The notes: a model not told the origin generated them from the letters alone. Shown: positions 28,916 to 38,507, numbered from the stretch's first letter. The stretch is 64,000 nt of DNA from Salinivirgaceae bacterium (GCA_017557605.1 JAFYYJ010000044.1:19655-83654), one strand, 5' to 3'. A program made the numbers and translations.

Positions 28916-30214
28916 TTATCGCAAATCGTAGAATTTCACTGGTTTGCGGCTCATCTCGGGATAGAGCAGCTTGTTGATGTACTCGGGCGACTCAAAGCTG
29001 ATTGACGGCGCCACACGCACCTTCGAGCGGAAGATGTCCTTAATCTCTTTAGCGTAGGCCTCGTCTGAACGGAGAGAGCCGATGCGGACCTTGATGTCGT
29101 CGGTGCCAAGTTCGTTGGTGAACACCTCAACCACGTAATTCTTCACATCGTGGATGCCGTCCAGGATGTCGAACAATGCAGGCGGATAAAGTGTTGTGCC
29201 TTTATATTTTATCATCTGTCCTTTGCGGCCGATTACCGAGCTCAGACGCATCGTGTTGCGGCCGCATTTGCAAGGCTCGTTGTAGTGATAGCAGACGTCA
29301 CCCGTTTTGAATCGCAGTAGCGGCATTCCCTCAACGCCAAGCGATGTGATTGTCACCTCGCCCGGCTCGTCGTCGGCAACTGGCTGGTTGTTCTCGTCGA
29401 GGAACTCAACAATAATCAGCTCGGGCTGCACGTGGCCGCCGTTGTATTGGTCGCAGTCGGTAAACGACGACTGCATCTCGGTCGATGCGTAGGTAGTGTG
29501 CAGTTTCAGCTCGGGCCATTTCTCGTTGATACGCTGGCCGAGCGTGGTGTAGGTGCCGTCGGGTTTGTAGAGCGCCTCGCCAATGCAGATGCACTTTTTC
29601 AGGCTCGAGCGGTGATGGTCGATGCCGTTCTTCTCGGCAAAATCGGCCAACTTTATCAGGAACGACGGCACGCACATACAGCAGGTTGGCTGGATGCGGT
29701 TGATGGTGTCCCATTGCAACTCGGGGATTCCGTTGCCCACGCGCGAAACACCCATTCCAACCTCGCGGCAGCCGAGGAAATAAGCCAGACCGGCCATAAA
29801 GCGGCGGTCGATGGTGACCATTTCCTGCATAATGTCGTTGCGGGTGAGCCCGGCCGTGGTGAACGAGAGGTACTCGTTGTAGGCCAGACGGTCGAGGTCG
29901 TTATTGGTGAGGGCGAACGTGACGGGATTTCCCATTGTGCCCGAGGTGGTTACGTAGTCGATGACATCGGCCTTGTCAACGCACAGGAACTCATCGTTGT
30001 GCATCTGAAGGTCGGTTTTGGTTGTGACGGGAATCTGCCGCAAATCCTCAATGGTGCGTATCTTGCTGATGTCGATATGGTTATCAGCAAACATACGCTG
30101 ATAGAATTTCGAGTGAGCCTGCAGATAGGCCAACGCCTCAGCCAGCCTCGCCTCCTGAAAAGCCTTGATTTCGGCCGGAGACTTATACTGTATTTTTGAA
30201 TCTTTAGTAATCAT
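28916..30214 (-). CDS. Phenylacetate--CoA ligase-like adenylate-forming enzyme (PaaK / F390 synthetase family)
   Basis: Motifs 'TTSGTMGNPV' (AMP-binding core), 'YASTE' and 'FKTGD'. The size and layout are typical of PaaK-like enzymes. The start was set to MITKDSKI. Confidence 0.75.
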   Translation of the reverse strand: MITKDSKIQYKSPAEIKAFQEARLAEALAYLQAHSKFYQRMFADNHIDISKIRTIEDLRQIPVTTKTDLQMHNDEFLCVDKADVIDYVTTSGTMGNPVTFALTNNDLDRLAYNEYLSFTTAGLTRNDIMQEMVTIDRRFMAGLAYFLGCREVGMGVSRVGNGIPELQWDTINRIQPTCCMCVPSFLIKLADFAEKNGIDHHRSSLKKCICIGEALYKPDGTYTTLGQRINEKWPELKLHTTYASTEMQSSFTDCDQYNGGHVQPELIIVEFLDENNQPVADDEPGEVTITSLGVEGMPLLRFKTGDVCYHYNEPCKCGRNTMRLSSVIGRKGQMIKYKGTTLYPPALFDILDGIHDVKNYVVEVFTNELGTDDIKVRIGSLRSDEAYAKEIKDIFRSKVRVAPSISFESPEYINKLLYPEMSRKPVKFYDLR

Positions 30215-30369
30215 TATCAATATTTTAAATAGCGAGCGTACAATGCGCGCCACAAATTGTGTGCTTCAAAAATAATGAAATTGACGGGCAATTTTTCAAC
30301 AGATTGTTACGATTTTGTACCCGCAGCCGTATCTTGGCGCATATCAGCGACATACAAATTTCGGCTATA

Positions 30370-32058
30370 CTAATCAAGCCCCCAGCATTTTCCAAGTTCG
30401 GCGGCTTTGGCCTCAATGCGCTCACGTTCAGGCAGGCGCGGGATAACCTTCTGCAAGGCCGTCTGCCACTCATTGTAGGCCTGCAGACTGTCGCCAACGC
30501 TCATATAATAGTCGCCAAGGAACTCATGCGTGCCAAAGAAATCGGGGTTGATAAGCTCAAAATCGAGTAGTTTGAGACTGTCAATTGTGCCGCCCAATTT
30601 GAACGAATCGCGAAGCTCGTGATTCAGCTGGCGGAAATGCACCAAATCAGCTATCATCTTATCGCTCACATTCTTATCAGCGCCAAATTCCTTCTCGACA
30701 TCGTTCACAGCATTGGCGAAACTTATTTTTCCGCTGAAAATATCCGCCAGATTATAAGCCACATACGGCCCCGCCTGCCACGGTGATGTCGAAACCCACA
30801 TCTGCAGCTTGCTGGCGTTGAAAACCACCGAGTGATGACCAATGAACTGGTTTATAGCCATTTCGTTCGTCATTCCTAAAATGCTATCGTTCAAGCCTTT
30901 ATTGTCGCGCAAAATAGCAACGGCCTTTTGCTCGTCGAGCGGGAACGAGCGGTTCATCAGCTCCTCGATACGCATATAACGGCGGCGGCTGTCGGAGTTG
31001 CGGATGTTTTCCAAATTGCGCTTATCGTTCTTAAAAACACCTGACTGATAATGATTTGTGCTGATTATAAATGTTGTATCGGCATCGACAATTCCCATGC
31101 GGTCGGGCGATTTTTCGATTATCGCCGCACGCCCGTCGGTGACAGAAGCTATCAGCAGCGACTCCGAGACAAAAGTCTGACGGCGGTTGGCTATCTGCAC
31201 AGCCTCGTTAATGGTGGAAGCGTACTGCAGAATCTCGCGCGCCAGCAACGATATTGGAGTGGCCGAAGCCGTCGGTATTGTCGATTTGGCCGCGTTTATA
31301 GTCACTGTCAGGCCTTTCTCGTTCATGCCCGACATCACGCCCATCATGCCGGCCCAGCTTACCGACGCAAACCGATAGCCGTTGGCCGGGAAATAGAAGG
31401 CCACTATCTTGTCGCGGGCAAACTCATCACCCATATAGAAATCGAAATTGCGCCCCACAATAAGGTCGCCGCCAACGCTGCTGGTGTCCCAGGCGGCAAA
31501 CGAGCTACAGCCCACCAGCATATAATCCTGCATGGCATGGCCGATGTCGTGGGCCGAATGAAAGTTCATCTGCCGCTCGTAAGGTTCGCTCACAAAGTTG
31601 AAATCGTTTGAGCATGAGAGCGATACGCCGTAAATCTCCTGCCGGTACTCCTCGTTGACATATTTTCCGAGCGAGTGGTTGAAAATAAGTGTCAGTTGGC
31701 GCAGGAAATTGAGATAGCGTTCCGACGGCACTATTCGCCGCAACTGCTCGATGAATGTCTTTTCCTGATGATATATAAGGTCTTGTGTCAGTTTTCCGTA
31801 GCCTTCGCCGCGCTCGAAAGGTGTGCCGCAGAGCTTCACCTCCCACAGTCCCGGCCGGTTGTGGCGCAAGGTGTCGTCGGCAAAAACGCGCATGCTGTCA
31901 GACACAACAACCTCAACGCCCGAGCGCGGTTGCATGCCGACAGGCTTTTTCATATCGGCTGTGACATAGAGATAGCCCAGAATCAACACCGGCATAAGCG
32001 CCAGAATCAACACGAAACCAAGCGTCACATAAAATATCTTCCAGATACGTTTGAGCAT
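30370..32058 (-). CDS. Peptidase C45 / acyl-CoA:6-APA acyltransferase-like (Ntn hydrolase) protein
   Basis: N-terminal TM followed by a candidate nucleophile context 'LVGCSSFAAW'. The length and order resemble C45-family proteins, with a C-terminal helical extension. Confidence 0.55.
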   Translation of the reverse strand: MLKRIWKIFYVTLGFVLILALMPVLILGYLYVTADMKKPVGMQPRSGVEVVVSDSMRVFADDTLRHNRPGLWEVKLCGTPFERGEGYGKLTQDLIYHQEKTFIEQLRRIVPSERYLNFLRQLTLIFNHSLGKYVNEEYRQEIYGVSLSCSNDFNFVSEPYERQMNFHSAHDIGHAMQDYMLVGCSSFAAWDTSSVGGDLIVGRNFDFYMGDEFARDKIVAFYFPANGYRFASVSWAGMMGVMSGMNEKGLTVTINAAKSTIPTASATPISLLAREILQYASTINEAVQIANRRQTFVSESLLIASVTDGRAAIIEKSPDRMGIVDADTTFIISTNHYQSGVFKNDKRNLENIRNSDSRRRYMRIEELMNRSFPLDEQKAVAILRDNKGLNDSILGMTNEMAINQFIGHHSVVFNASKLQMWVSTSPWQAGPYVAYNLADIFSGKISFANAVNDVEKEFGADKNVSDKMIADLVHFRQLNHELRDSFKLGGTIDSLKLLDFELINPDFFGTHEFLGDYYMSVGDSLQAYNEWQTALQKVIPRLPERERIEAKAAELGKCWGLD

Positions 32059-32181
32059 TTTTCTGTTTTCAAAAAGCCGCCAAATATAACAACCCAAACC
32101 TAATTTGAAAATTTAAATTCAAACGAACACCGACTGAAATGCGCCGTTCCATTTTTCGGCTTTCAAAATCAACATAAATTC

Positions 32182-32189
32182 TATCTTTG
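32182..32189 (+). promoter_or_regulatory. Bacteroidota-type -7 promoter box (TAtcTTTG)
   Basis: Exact TAnnTTTG match, 17 nt upstream of the M23 gene ATG. Confidence 0.5.
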
Positions 32190-32206
32190 CACGTTTCAAG
32201 ATAATT

Positions 32207-33055
32207 ATGGGAAAAGCGAAAAAGGCGGCAAAGAAACCGAACGAGCGATACAGAGTAACCGTTCTCAACAATCGTACACTTGACGAGGTGTGGCACACTG
32301 TGACATCGAAGCGGACGGTGGTGGCTCTGTCGGTACTCATAATTGTGGTTGCCATAGCCGCAGGCTGCGCCATTGCGATGTTCACACCGCTGCGCCAACA
32401 GATTCCCGGCTACCCCAGCAATGCCGACCGCATGATGCTTATAGACAACATTCTGCGCATCGACTCAATAGAGAAAATACTGTTACAGAAAGACTTATAC
32501 ATCAACAATCTGAACGATATACTGTCGGGGAAGCCGACGCAGTCGCACACCGTTGAGAAAGGCTCGATTCACACCGACGATAACCTGCCTTCGATTAAAC
32601 GCGACTCATCGATTTACAGAAACACCGACAATCAGTTCAACATCAAACAGATAAACAGTTTGAACGAGCCCGTCGAAAGCACTGTCGAGATGTATTTCTA
32701 CAGCCCGGTGCGCGGCTCGATAACCAACCCCCACTCCCCCGAAACAGGGCATTACGGCGTTGATGTGGTGGCAAACACAAAAGACCCTATCCTCTCAATC
32801 CTCGACGGTACAGTGATTATGGCCGGATGGACGCTTGAGGCAGGCTACGTGATTATTGTGCAGCACCGCAACAACATTGTGTCGCAATACAAGCACAACT
32901 CGTTCCTGCTCAAAAAGATAGGCGACCACGTGAGGGCCGGCGAGCCGCTGGGCATCATCGGCAACACAGGCGAGTACACCACTGGACCGCACCTGCATTT
33001 TGAGTTGTGGCAGAACGGCATGCCGCTGAATCCGACTGACTACATAATCTTCTGA
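32207..33055 (+). CDS. M23 family metallopeptidase
   Basis: Motifs 'GHYGVDV' and 'GNTGEYTTGPHLHFEL' with an N-terminal TM. Confidence 0.85.
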   Translation: MGKAKKAAKKPNERYRVTVLNNRTLDEVWHTVTSKRTVVALSVLIIVVAIAAGCAIAMFTPLRQQIPGYPSNADRMMLIDNILRIDSIEKILLQKDLYINNLNDILSGKPTQSHTVEKGSIHTDDNLPSIKRDSSIYRNTDNQFNIKQINSLNEPVESTVEMYFYSPVRGSITNPHSPETGHYGVDVVANTKDPILSILDGTVIMAGWTLEAGYVIIVQHRNNIVSQYKHNSFLLKKIGDHVRAGEPLGIIGNTGEYTTGPHLHFELWQNGMPLNPTDYIIF

Positions 33056-33061
33056 CATACA

Positions 33062-34213
33062 ATGACAAAACACATAGCAATACTTGGTTCGACAGGTTCT
33101 ATCGGGACACAGACGCTTGATGTGGCCCGCGCCCACGCCGACAAACTGACGGTGGAGGTGCTCACTGCCGGACACAATTCGCAACTGCTTATCAATCAGG
33201 CGCGGGAGTTCAAACCCAACGCTGTGGTTATTGCCGATGAATCGAAATACAACGAGGTGAAATCGGCCTTGGCCGACCTTGACATCAAGGTGTGGACGGG
33301 CGCCAAAGCCATTGAGGACGTGGTGCAGATGAACACCGTTGACACCGTGGTTACGGCTATGGTGGGCTACGCCGGTCTGTCGTCGACAATAAAGGCCATT
33401 GAGGCGGGAAAAAACATCGCCCTTGCCAACAAAGAGACGCTGGTTGTTGCTGGCGAGCTGATTACCAAACTGGTGGCAAAGCACAAGGTGCGCGTCACGC
33501 CGGTTGATTCGGAACATTCGGCCATTTTCCAATGCCTTGTGGGCGAACCCGACGTGGAGAAATTGATAATCACCGCTTCGGGCGGACCGTTCCGCACAAA
33601 AAGCTTCGACGAACTGCGCACCGCAACACCGCAACAGGCGCTGAAGCACCCCAACTGGAATATGGGCGCGAAAATCACTATCGACTCGGCCACAATGATG
33701 AACAAAGGTCTGGAAGTGATTGAGGCTCACTGGCTTTTCGGCATTCCGTACGAGCAAATTGAGGTCACGGTTCATCCGCAGTCAATCATACATAGTATGG
33801 TTCAGTTTATCGATGGCAGCGTGAAGGCGCAGATGGGCCTGCCCGATATGAAACTGCCAATCCAATACGCTTTGAGTTATCCCGACCGCTGGCCGTCGGA
33901 TTTTGGCCGCATCAATTTCAAGAGCCAACAGCCGCTGACATTTGAGGCGCCCGATTTGGAGAAATTCCGCTGCCTGGCGCTGGCTTACGAGGCTTTGGGT
34001 AAAGGCGGCAATATGCCCGCCATTATGAATGCCGCCAACGAGGTGGCCGTTGATGCTTTCCTGAAAGGCCGCATCGGATTCCTTGACATTGCCGAAACTA
34101 TCGGGAAAACAATGGAGCAAATGCCGTTCGTCAGCCAACCAACCTACGACGACTACGTGGCTACCGACCGCGAGTCGAGGAAGTTTGCGAGGAAAATTGT
34201 TGAAAAGATATAA
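33062..34213 (+). CDS. dxr: 1-deoxy-D-xylulose-5-phosphate reductoisomerase
   Basis: Motifs 'ILGSTGSIGTQTLDV', 'PVDSEHSAIFQC' and 'NKGLEVIEA'. Confidence 0.95.
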   Translation: MTKHIAILGSTGSIGTQTLDVARAHADKLTVEVLTAGHNSQLLINQAREFKPNAVVIADESKYNEVKSALADLDIKVWTGAKAIEDVVQMNTVDTVVTAMVGYAGLSSTIKAIEAGKNIALANKETLVVAGELITKLVAKHKVRVTPVDSEHSAIFQCLVGEPDVEKLIITASGGPFRTKSFDELRTATPQQALKHPNWNMGAKITIDSATMMNKGLEVIEAHWLFGIPYEQIEVTVHPQSIIHSMVQFIDGSVKAQMGLPDMKLPIQYALSYPDRWPSDFGRINFKSQQPLTFEAPDLEKFRCLALAYEALGKGGNMPAIMNAANEVAVDAFLKGRIGFLDIAETIGKTMEQMPFVSQPTYDDYVATDRESRKFARKIVEKI

Positions 34214-34237
34214 ATCTTGCGCATAAACACAGCCGAT

Positions 34238-35482
34238 ATGAGTGCAGAAACAGATACTAACAAATTATCTTTCAATAACCTATTCGATACGGTATCAAGC
34301 CTTGACAAGGCTTTTGCCGACAATACCGCAAAGGCTATCAACAGGAATATTACTGCACGTAACTGGCTGATAGGCTATTATATAGTCAACTATGAGCAAA
34401 ATGGTAGCGACCGCGCCAAATACGGAGCCAAAACACTTCAAACATTGGCTGAAAGGCTCAATTCACGTTCGATGTCATATCGTAATTTGAGACTTTACCG
34501 ACAATTCTTTTTGGAGTTTCCATCGTTGGCTCAACCAATTTGCGATTATATTGCACAAGAATTTGGAAATGAGCAAAATACAATTGGGCAATCAATGGTT
34601 GCCCAATTGGAAAGTGGCGAAAAGTCAATTTGGCAACCAATGGTTGCCAAATTAGAGAATGGTCCAACGTTAATTTGGCAATCAGCGATTGCCAAATTAG
34701 ACTCAGACTTGCAAATACCTGCAGATAAGCTATTTGGCCATTTATCCTTCACTCATTTTTCTCAAATAATGAGCGTTGAGAATCCGTTGGCTCGTGTATT
34801 TTATGAACTTGAGACAATGAAAGGCGTTTGGACAGTTCGCGAACTCAAACGGCAAATCGACACAAACTATTTTGAGCGCAGCGGAATCAGCAGCAATCCC
34901 GCAAAAATGAGCCAATATGTGCAGAACAAAGCCGAGCAGATGTCGCTTGCCGAAACCATAAAATCGCCTTACGTTTATGAGTTTTTGGGATTGAAAGACA
35001 CCGAAATAATTGAGGAAGACGAACTTGAGCAGGCACTAATCGACCACCTTGAGGAGTTTATACTCGAATTGGGCACAGGCTTTTGCTTCGAGGCACGCCA
35101 AAAACGCATACTTGTCGATGACGAATACTACTTCTGCGACCTTGTTTTCTACAATCGCATTCTGAAGTGCCACGTGCTCATCGACTTGAAATCTGTCCGT
35201 TTGAAATATGACGATGTGGCGCAGATGAATCTCTATCTGTCGTATTTCAAGCACAACGTTATGCAACCCGACGACAATCCGCCTATAGGGATTCTGATGT
35301 GCACTGAGGCAGGCAAAGAACTTGTACAATATGCCACCGATGGAATCGATGACAATCTCTTTGTCAAGAAATACCGTTTAGCCTTGCCCGTGGAATCGAA
35401 ACTCACGCAATGGCTCAAAAACGAAATCAAGAATTTCGCCAACGCCCAAGCGCAAAGTAAACCAAACAACTTAAATAACTAA
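34238..35482 (+). CDS. YhcG/DUF1016-family PD-(D/E)xK nuclease domain protein
   Basis: C-terminal nuclease core 'DLVFYNRILKCHVLIDLK' (D...D/ExK), with the overall order typical of DUF1016. The ATG is at 34238. Confidence 0.8.
   Translation: MSAETDTNKLSFNNLFDTVSSLDKAFADNTAKAINRNITARNWLIGYYIVNYEQNGSDRAKYGAKTLQTLAERLNSRSMSYRNLRLYRQFFLEFPSLAQPICDYIAQEFGNEQNTIGQSMVAQLESGEKSIWQPMVAKLENGPTLIWQSAIAKLDSDLQIPADKLFGHLSFTHFSQIMSVENPLARVFYELETMKGVWTVRELKRQIDTNYFERSGISSNPAKMSQYVQNKAEQMSLAETIKSPYVYEFLGLKDTEIIEEDELEQALIDHLEEFILELGTGFCFEARQKRILVDDEYYFCDLVFYNRILKCHVLIDLKSVRLKYDDVAQMNLYLSYFKHNVMQPDDNPPIGILMCTEAGKELVQYATDGIDDNLFVKKYRLALPVESKLTQWLKNEIKNFANAQAQSKPNNLNN
34581..34699 (+). repeat. Three tandem perfect palindromes inside the YhcG coding sequence
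   Basis: The palindromes are 'caattgggcaa-N7-ttgcccaattg' (34581-34609), 'aatttggcaac-N5-gttgccaaatt' (34627-34653) and 'taatttggcaat-N5-attgccaaatta' (34671-34699). Confidence 0.9.
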
Positions 35483-35486
35483 TACT

Positions 35487-36974
35487 ATGAACACAAACAT
35501 TTTCAAATCCGCTATCGCCGCTTTGGCACTTGCAACTTTAACCTTCAACTCGTGCAAGAAAGATGAACCAATAGATGAACCAATAGAACTACCATCATTC
35601 CCTACAGATGATATTAAACTGTTGTTCGAGGATGGTAAAGTTTTCACCCAAGAGGATTCTCTACGTTCTGAATATTTTTATAGCGGCGAAAAAGAAGGCA
35701 TGGAAACACAATTTTGGTTAGGGGCTTCACCCGATAATCTTTATACTGGCCATGGACCATTAAATGTTGGAAACGTACTTAAACCTTTCACCAAATATTA
35801 TTGGTGTATAAGGGTGCGGGATAAGAAAAAATCTAAATCTGACGAATACATACAATCCGAAATCCGCACCTTCTATTATGTAACCATTCCGCAAATAACC
35901 AAAGTGTACAACCCGGAAGGCGATTGGGCAACAATATTAAAATGGGAGCACAACGACTATATGAAAGAAGCAACAGTGACGCTAACCCCTGACAAGGACT
36001 GCCAATACAACAAAACACCAATAGCTGTTGATGCCGCACAAGATTCCTGCTACATATCGGCAGGTGGCGAGTTCAATACAGATAACCAAAAATATGCTGT
36101 ATATCACCAATGGTGGGACGACTCAAAGGCGCAATACTACGAGCCTGTTGTTTACAATTTCATCGTGAAATTCAGAGGGGAAATTGACGGACACTCATAT
36201 AGTGTAACTTCCGACACCGTAAAATACATCTTCCTTGACCGTGCAAAATATGCAGCCGACAAATATTTCAACGTTTATCGTATGGGGCGAATTGGCAACC
36301 GCACTTGGTTGCTTGAGGATTTAAGAGGAATACCTGTTATTCAAGGCTATCAGCTAAAACATAGTTTGCTAACATCACCATTAGGGTTTAAAGCTTGTGC
36401 ATACCCATATTATTATATGAACAATGAAGATTCCGGTGAAGAAATCGGTATTATCCCCGAGGGGTTCCATTTAGCAACGGATGATGATTGGCAAGATTTG
36501 GAATACACCTATGGTGTAGAAAAAATGGATTTCAACAATTATGTAAAATCAGATATGTACACTGAAATTAATTTAAAACAAACTATGGAAATAGCTTACT
36601 CATTCGGTGGTGACTTTCTTGAATCTTGCATAAAAGAGATGAATGATACTACAAAATATTTTGGTAAAGGGACTGGTATTTTTGAAAAACTTATTTCCAA
36701 AAATGAATGGAAGACCATCGATTCTACAGAAACCATATTAGAAGGATTGGGGGGCTTTAATGTCCGTCCTTATGGTGTGGTACTAAGTATGCATGATAAT
36801 GAAGCTTACCATATAGGATATATTTCATTATTTCTTACAAACACAGAAGACCCAACCGATAGTAATAGACAAATAATAAGGTGTTTATGGAGTGGCAATC
36901 AAGGCATAGTCCGTGTTTGTGTGAGCGATTTAAGTGCTGATTATTATTTATATCGTTGTGTAAAGGATAATTGA
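35487..36974 (+). CDS. Lipoprotein with C-terminal FISUMP-like (Fibrobacter succinogenes major paralogous) domain
   Basis: Lipobox 'LTFNSC'. Family-like motifs are 'NRTWLLEDL' and 'IPEGFHLATDDDWQDLE'. Confidence 0.55.
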   Translation: MNTNIFKSAIAALALATLTFNSCKKDEPIDEPIELPSFPTDDIKLLFEDGKVFTQEDSLRSEYFYSGEKEGMETQFWLGASPDNLYTGHGPLNVGNVLKPFTKYYWCIRVRDKKKSKSDEYIQSEIRTFYYVTIPQITKVYNPEGDWATILKWEHNDYMKEATVTLTPDKDCQYNKTPIAVDAAQDSCYISAGGEFNTDNQKYAVYHQWWDDSKAQYYEPVVYNFIVKFRGEIDGHSYSVTSDTVKYIFLDRAKYAADKYFNVYRMGRIGNRTWLLEDLRGIPVIQGYQLKHSLLTSPLGFKACAYPYYYMNNEDSGEEIGIIPEGFHLATDDDWQDLEYTYGVEKMDFNNYVKSDMYTEINLKQTMEIAYSFGGDFLESCIKEMNDTTKYFGKGTGIFEKLISKNEWKTIDSTETILEGLGGFNVRPYGVVLSMHDNEAYHIGYISLFLTNTEDPTDSNRQIIRCLWSGNQGIVRVCVSDLSADYYLYRCVKDN

Positions 36975-37026
36975 AACCTGAACTTCTAAATTCTCAACTT
37001 TAAAATCAATAAATCAACAATTATAA

Positions 37027-38346
37027 ATGGAAACATTAATTCGAATTGCACAACTGCTTTTGAGCCTGTCGATACTGGTGATATTCCACGAGTTCGGGCA
37101 TTTTATTTTCGCGAAAGCGTTCAAAACAAGAGTTGAGAAGTTCTACCTTTTCTTCGACCCGTGGTTCTCGCTTTTCAAGTTCAAGCCGAAGGGCAGCGAC
37201 ACGGAGTACGGCATTGGCTGGCTGCCGCTGGGCGGCTACGTGAAAATTGCCGGAATGATTGACGAGAGTATGGACAAGGAGCAAATGGCTCTGCCGCCCA
37301 AACCCGATGAGTTCCGCTCGAAAAAACCGTGGCAAAGGCTACTGATTATTGTGGCCGGCGTGATGTTCAACCTGATAATGGCAATGGGCATCTATGCGGG
37401 AATTCTGTTCACTTGGGGCGAGGAGTATCTGCCCACCGAGAATATGAAATACGGTGTGGTTTGCGATTCAATTGCGCTTGAGACCGGTCTGCAGAACGGC
37501 GATAAGATTATCAGCGTTGATGGCGAAAAGGTGGAGAAAGCCACAGCCATTACGGCGTACATTTTACTGAATGAATCGAAGAGCATCCAGGTGGAGCGCA
37601 ACGGCGAGCGCATCGATATTGCCTTGTCGGACAGCATCATACCTTACATTCTCAAAGGCAGCTCGTTCATTACACCGCGTATTCCGTTTGTGGCTGGAGG
37701 ATTCGTCAAAGGCTCACCGGCCGAGGCTGCCGGAATGCAGGTTGGCGACAAGATTGTTGGCATCGACACAATCCCGACCGAATATTTCGACGAGTTCCGC
37801 ACAGCCATTGCCGCATATAAAGACACCACAATCGGCATCAACATTATTCGCGACGGACAGCCGCAGACGCTTGCCGTTGCCATTGGCGCCGACAGCAAAA
37901 TCGGTGTGCAGGCAAGTTCGGAGGGCATCTTCGAGTTGCGCAAGATTGAATACGGATTCTTTGCCGCCATTCCCGCAGGAGCCAAAAAGGCCTTCGTTGT
38001 GGCGCGCGACTATCTGAAACAGTTCAAACTGATTGTGAAGCCCGAAACCAAAGCCTACGAGTCGCTTGGCGGATTCATCGCCATTGGCAAAATTTTCCCC
38101 GGCACGTGGGACTGGTACTCGTTCTGGAGTATGACAAGTTTCTTGAGCATTATGCTGGCAGTGCTTAACATTCTGCCCATTCCGGCTCTCGACGGCGGCC
38201 ACGCAATGTTCATCCTTTACGAGATGATTACCCGCCGCAAACCGAGCGACCGCGCTATGGAGATTGCACAATACATTGGCCTGATTCTGCTGCTCACACT
38301 GCTCATCTATGCCAACGGTAACGATATTGTGAAGTTGTTCAGGTAA
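37027..38346 (+). CDS. rseP: RIP metalloprotease RseP (site-2 protease, M50)
   Basis: Zinc site 'HEFGHF', PDZ regions, and a C-terminal 'NILPIPALDGGH'. Confidence 0.9.
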   Translation: METLIRIAQLLLSLSILVIFHEFGHFIFAKAFKTRVEKFYLFFDPWFSLFKFKPKGSDTEYGIGWLPLGGYVKIAGMIDESMDKEQMALPPKPDEFRSKKPWQRLLIIVAGVMFNLIMAMGIYAGILFTWGEEYLPTENMKYGVVCDSIALETGLQNGDKIISVDGEKVEKATAITAYILLNESKSIQVERNGERIDIALSDSIIPYILKGSSFITPRIPFVAGGFVKGSPAEAAGMQVGDKIVGIDTIPTEYFDEFRTAIAAYKDTTIGINIIRDGQPQTLAVAIGADSKIGVQASSEGIFELRKIEYGFFAAIPAGAKKAFVVARDYLKQFKLIVKPETKAYESLGGFIAIGKIFPGTWDWYSFWSMTSFLSIMLAVLNILPIPALDGGHAMFILYEMITRRKPSDRAMEIAQYIGLILLLTLLIYANGNDIVKLFR

Positions 38347-38400
38347 ATAAGGGTGTTAGGTGTTGGGTGTTAGTGGGTTAGTATAATTACGAGCGGTTAC

Positions 38401-38453
38401 TAAACAGCGAAGCACTAAACTTTCTCAACCTTAAACTTATTAAACAGCGAAGC
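38401..38453 (+). repeat. Direct repeat 'taaacagcgaagc' x2 containing GCGAAGC mini-hairpin words
   Basis: 13-mers at 38401-38413 and 38441-38453. The heptamer GCGAAGC is at 38407-38413 and 38447-38453. Confidence 0.85.
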
Positions 38454-38507
38454 GTTTCAACCTGTTCAACTTAAAACTTCGAGAACTTCGAACTTAAAAC
38501 TTTAACA

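Noticed and set aside
29432-30199. 255-aa plus-strand ORF antisense to the PaaK-like gene. Similar long antisense ORFs occur at 22422..23363, 20814..21491, 4756..5604, 26560..27183 and 17553..18086.
   Set aside because: All of them overlap genes with clear family signatures on the other strand. None has a signature of its own, so I treated them as frame shadows of moderately GC-rich coding DNA.
32795-33775. 326-aa ORF on the minus strand overlapping the M23 peptidase and dxr genes
   Set aside because: It lies entirely antisense to two confidently identified genes. Its composition is Arg/His/Val-rich and typical of shadow ORFs, and it has no recognisable motifs.
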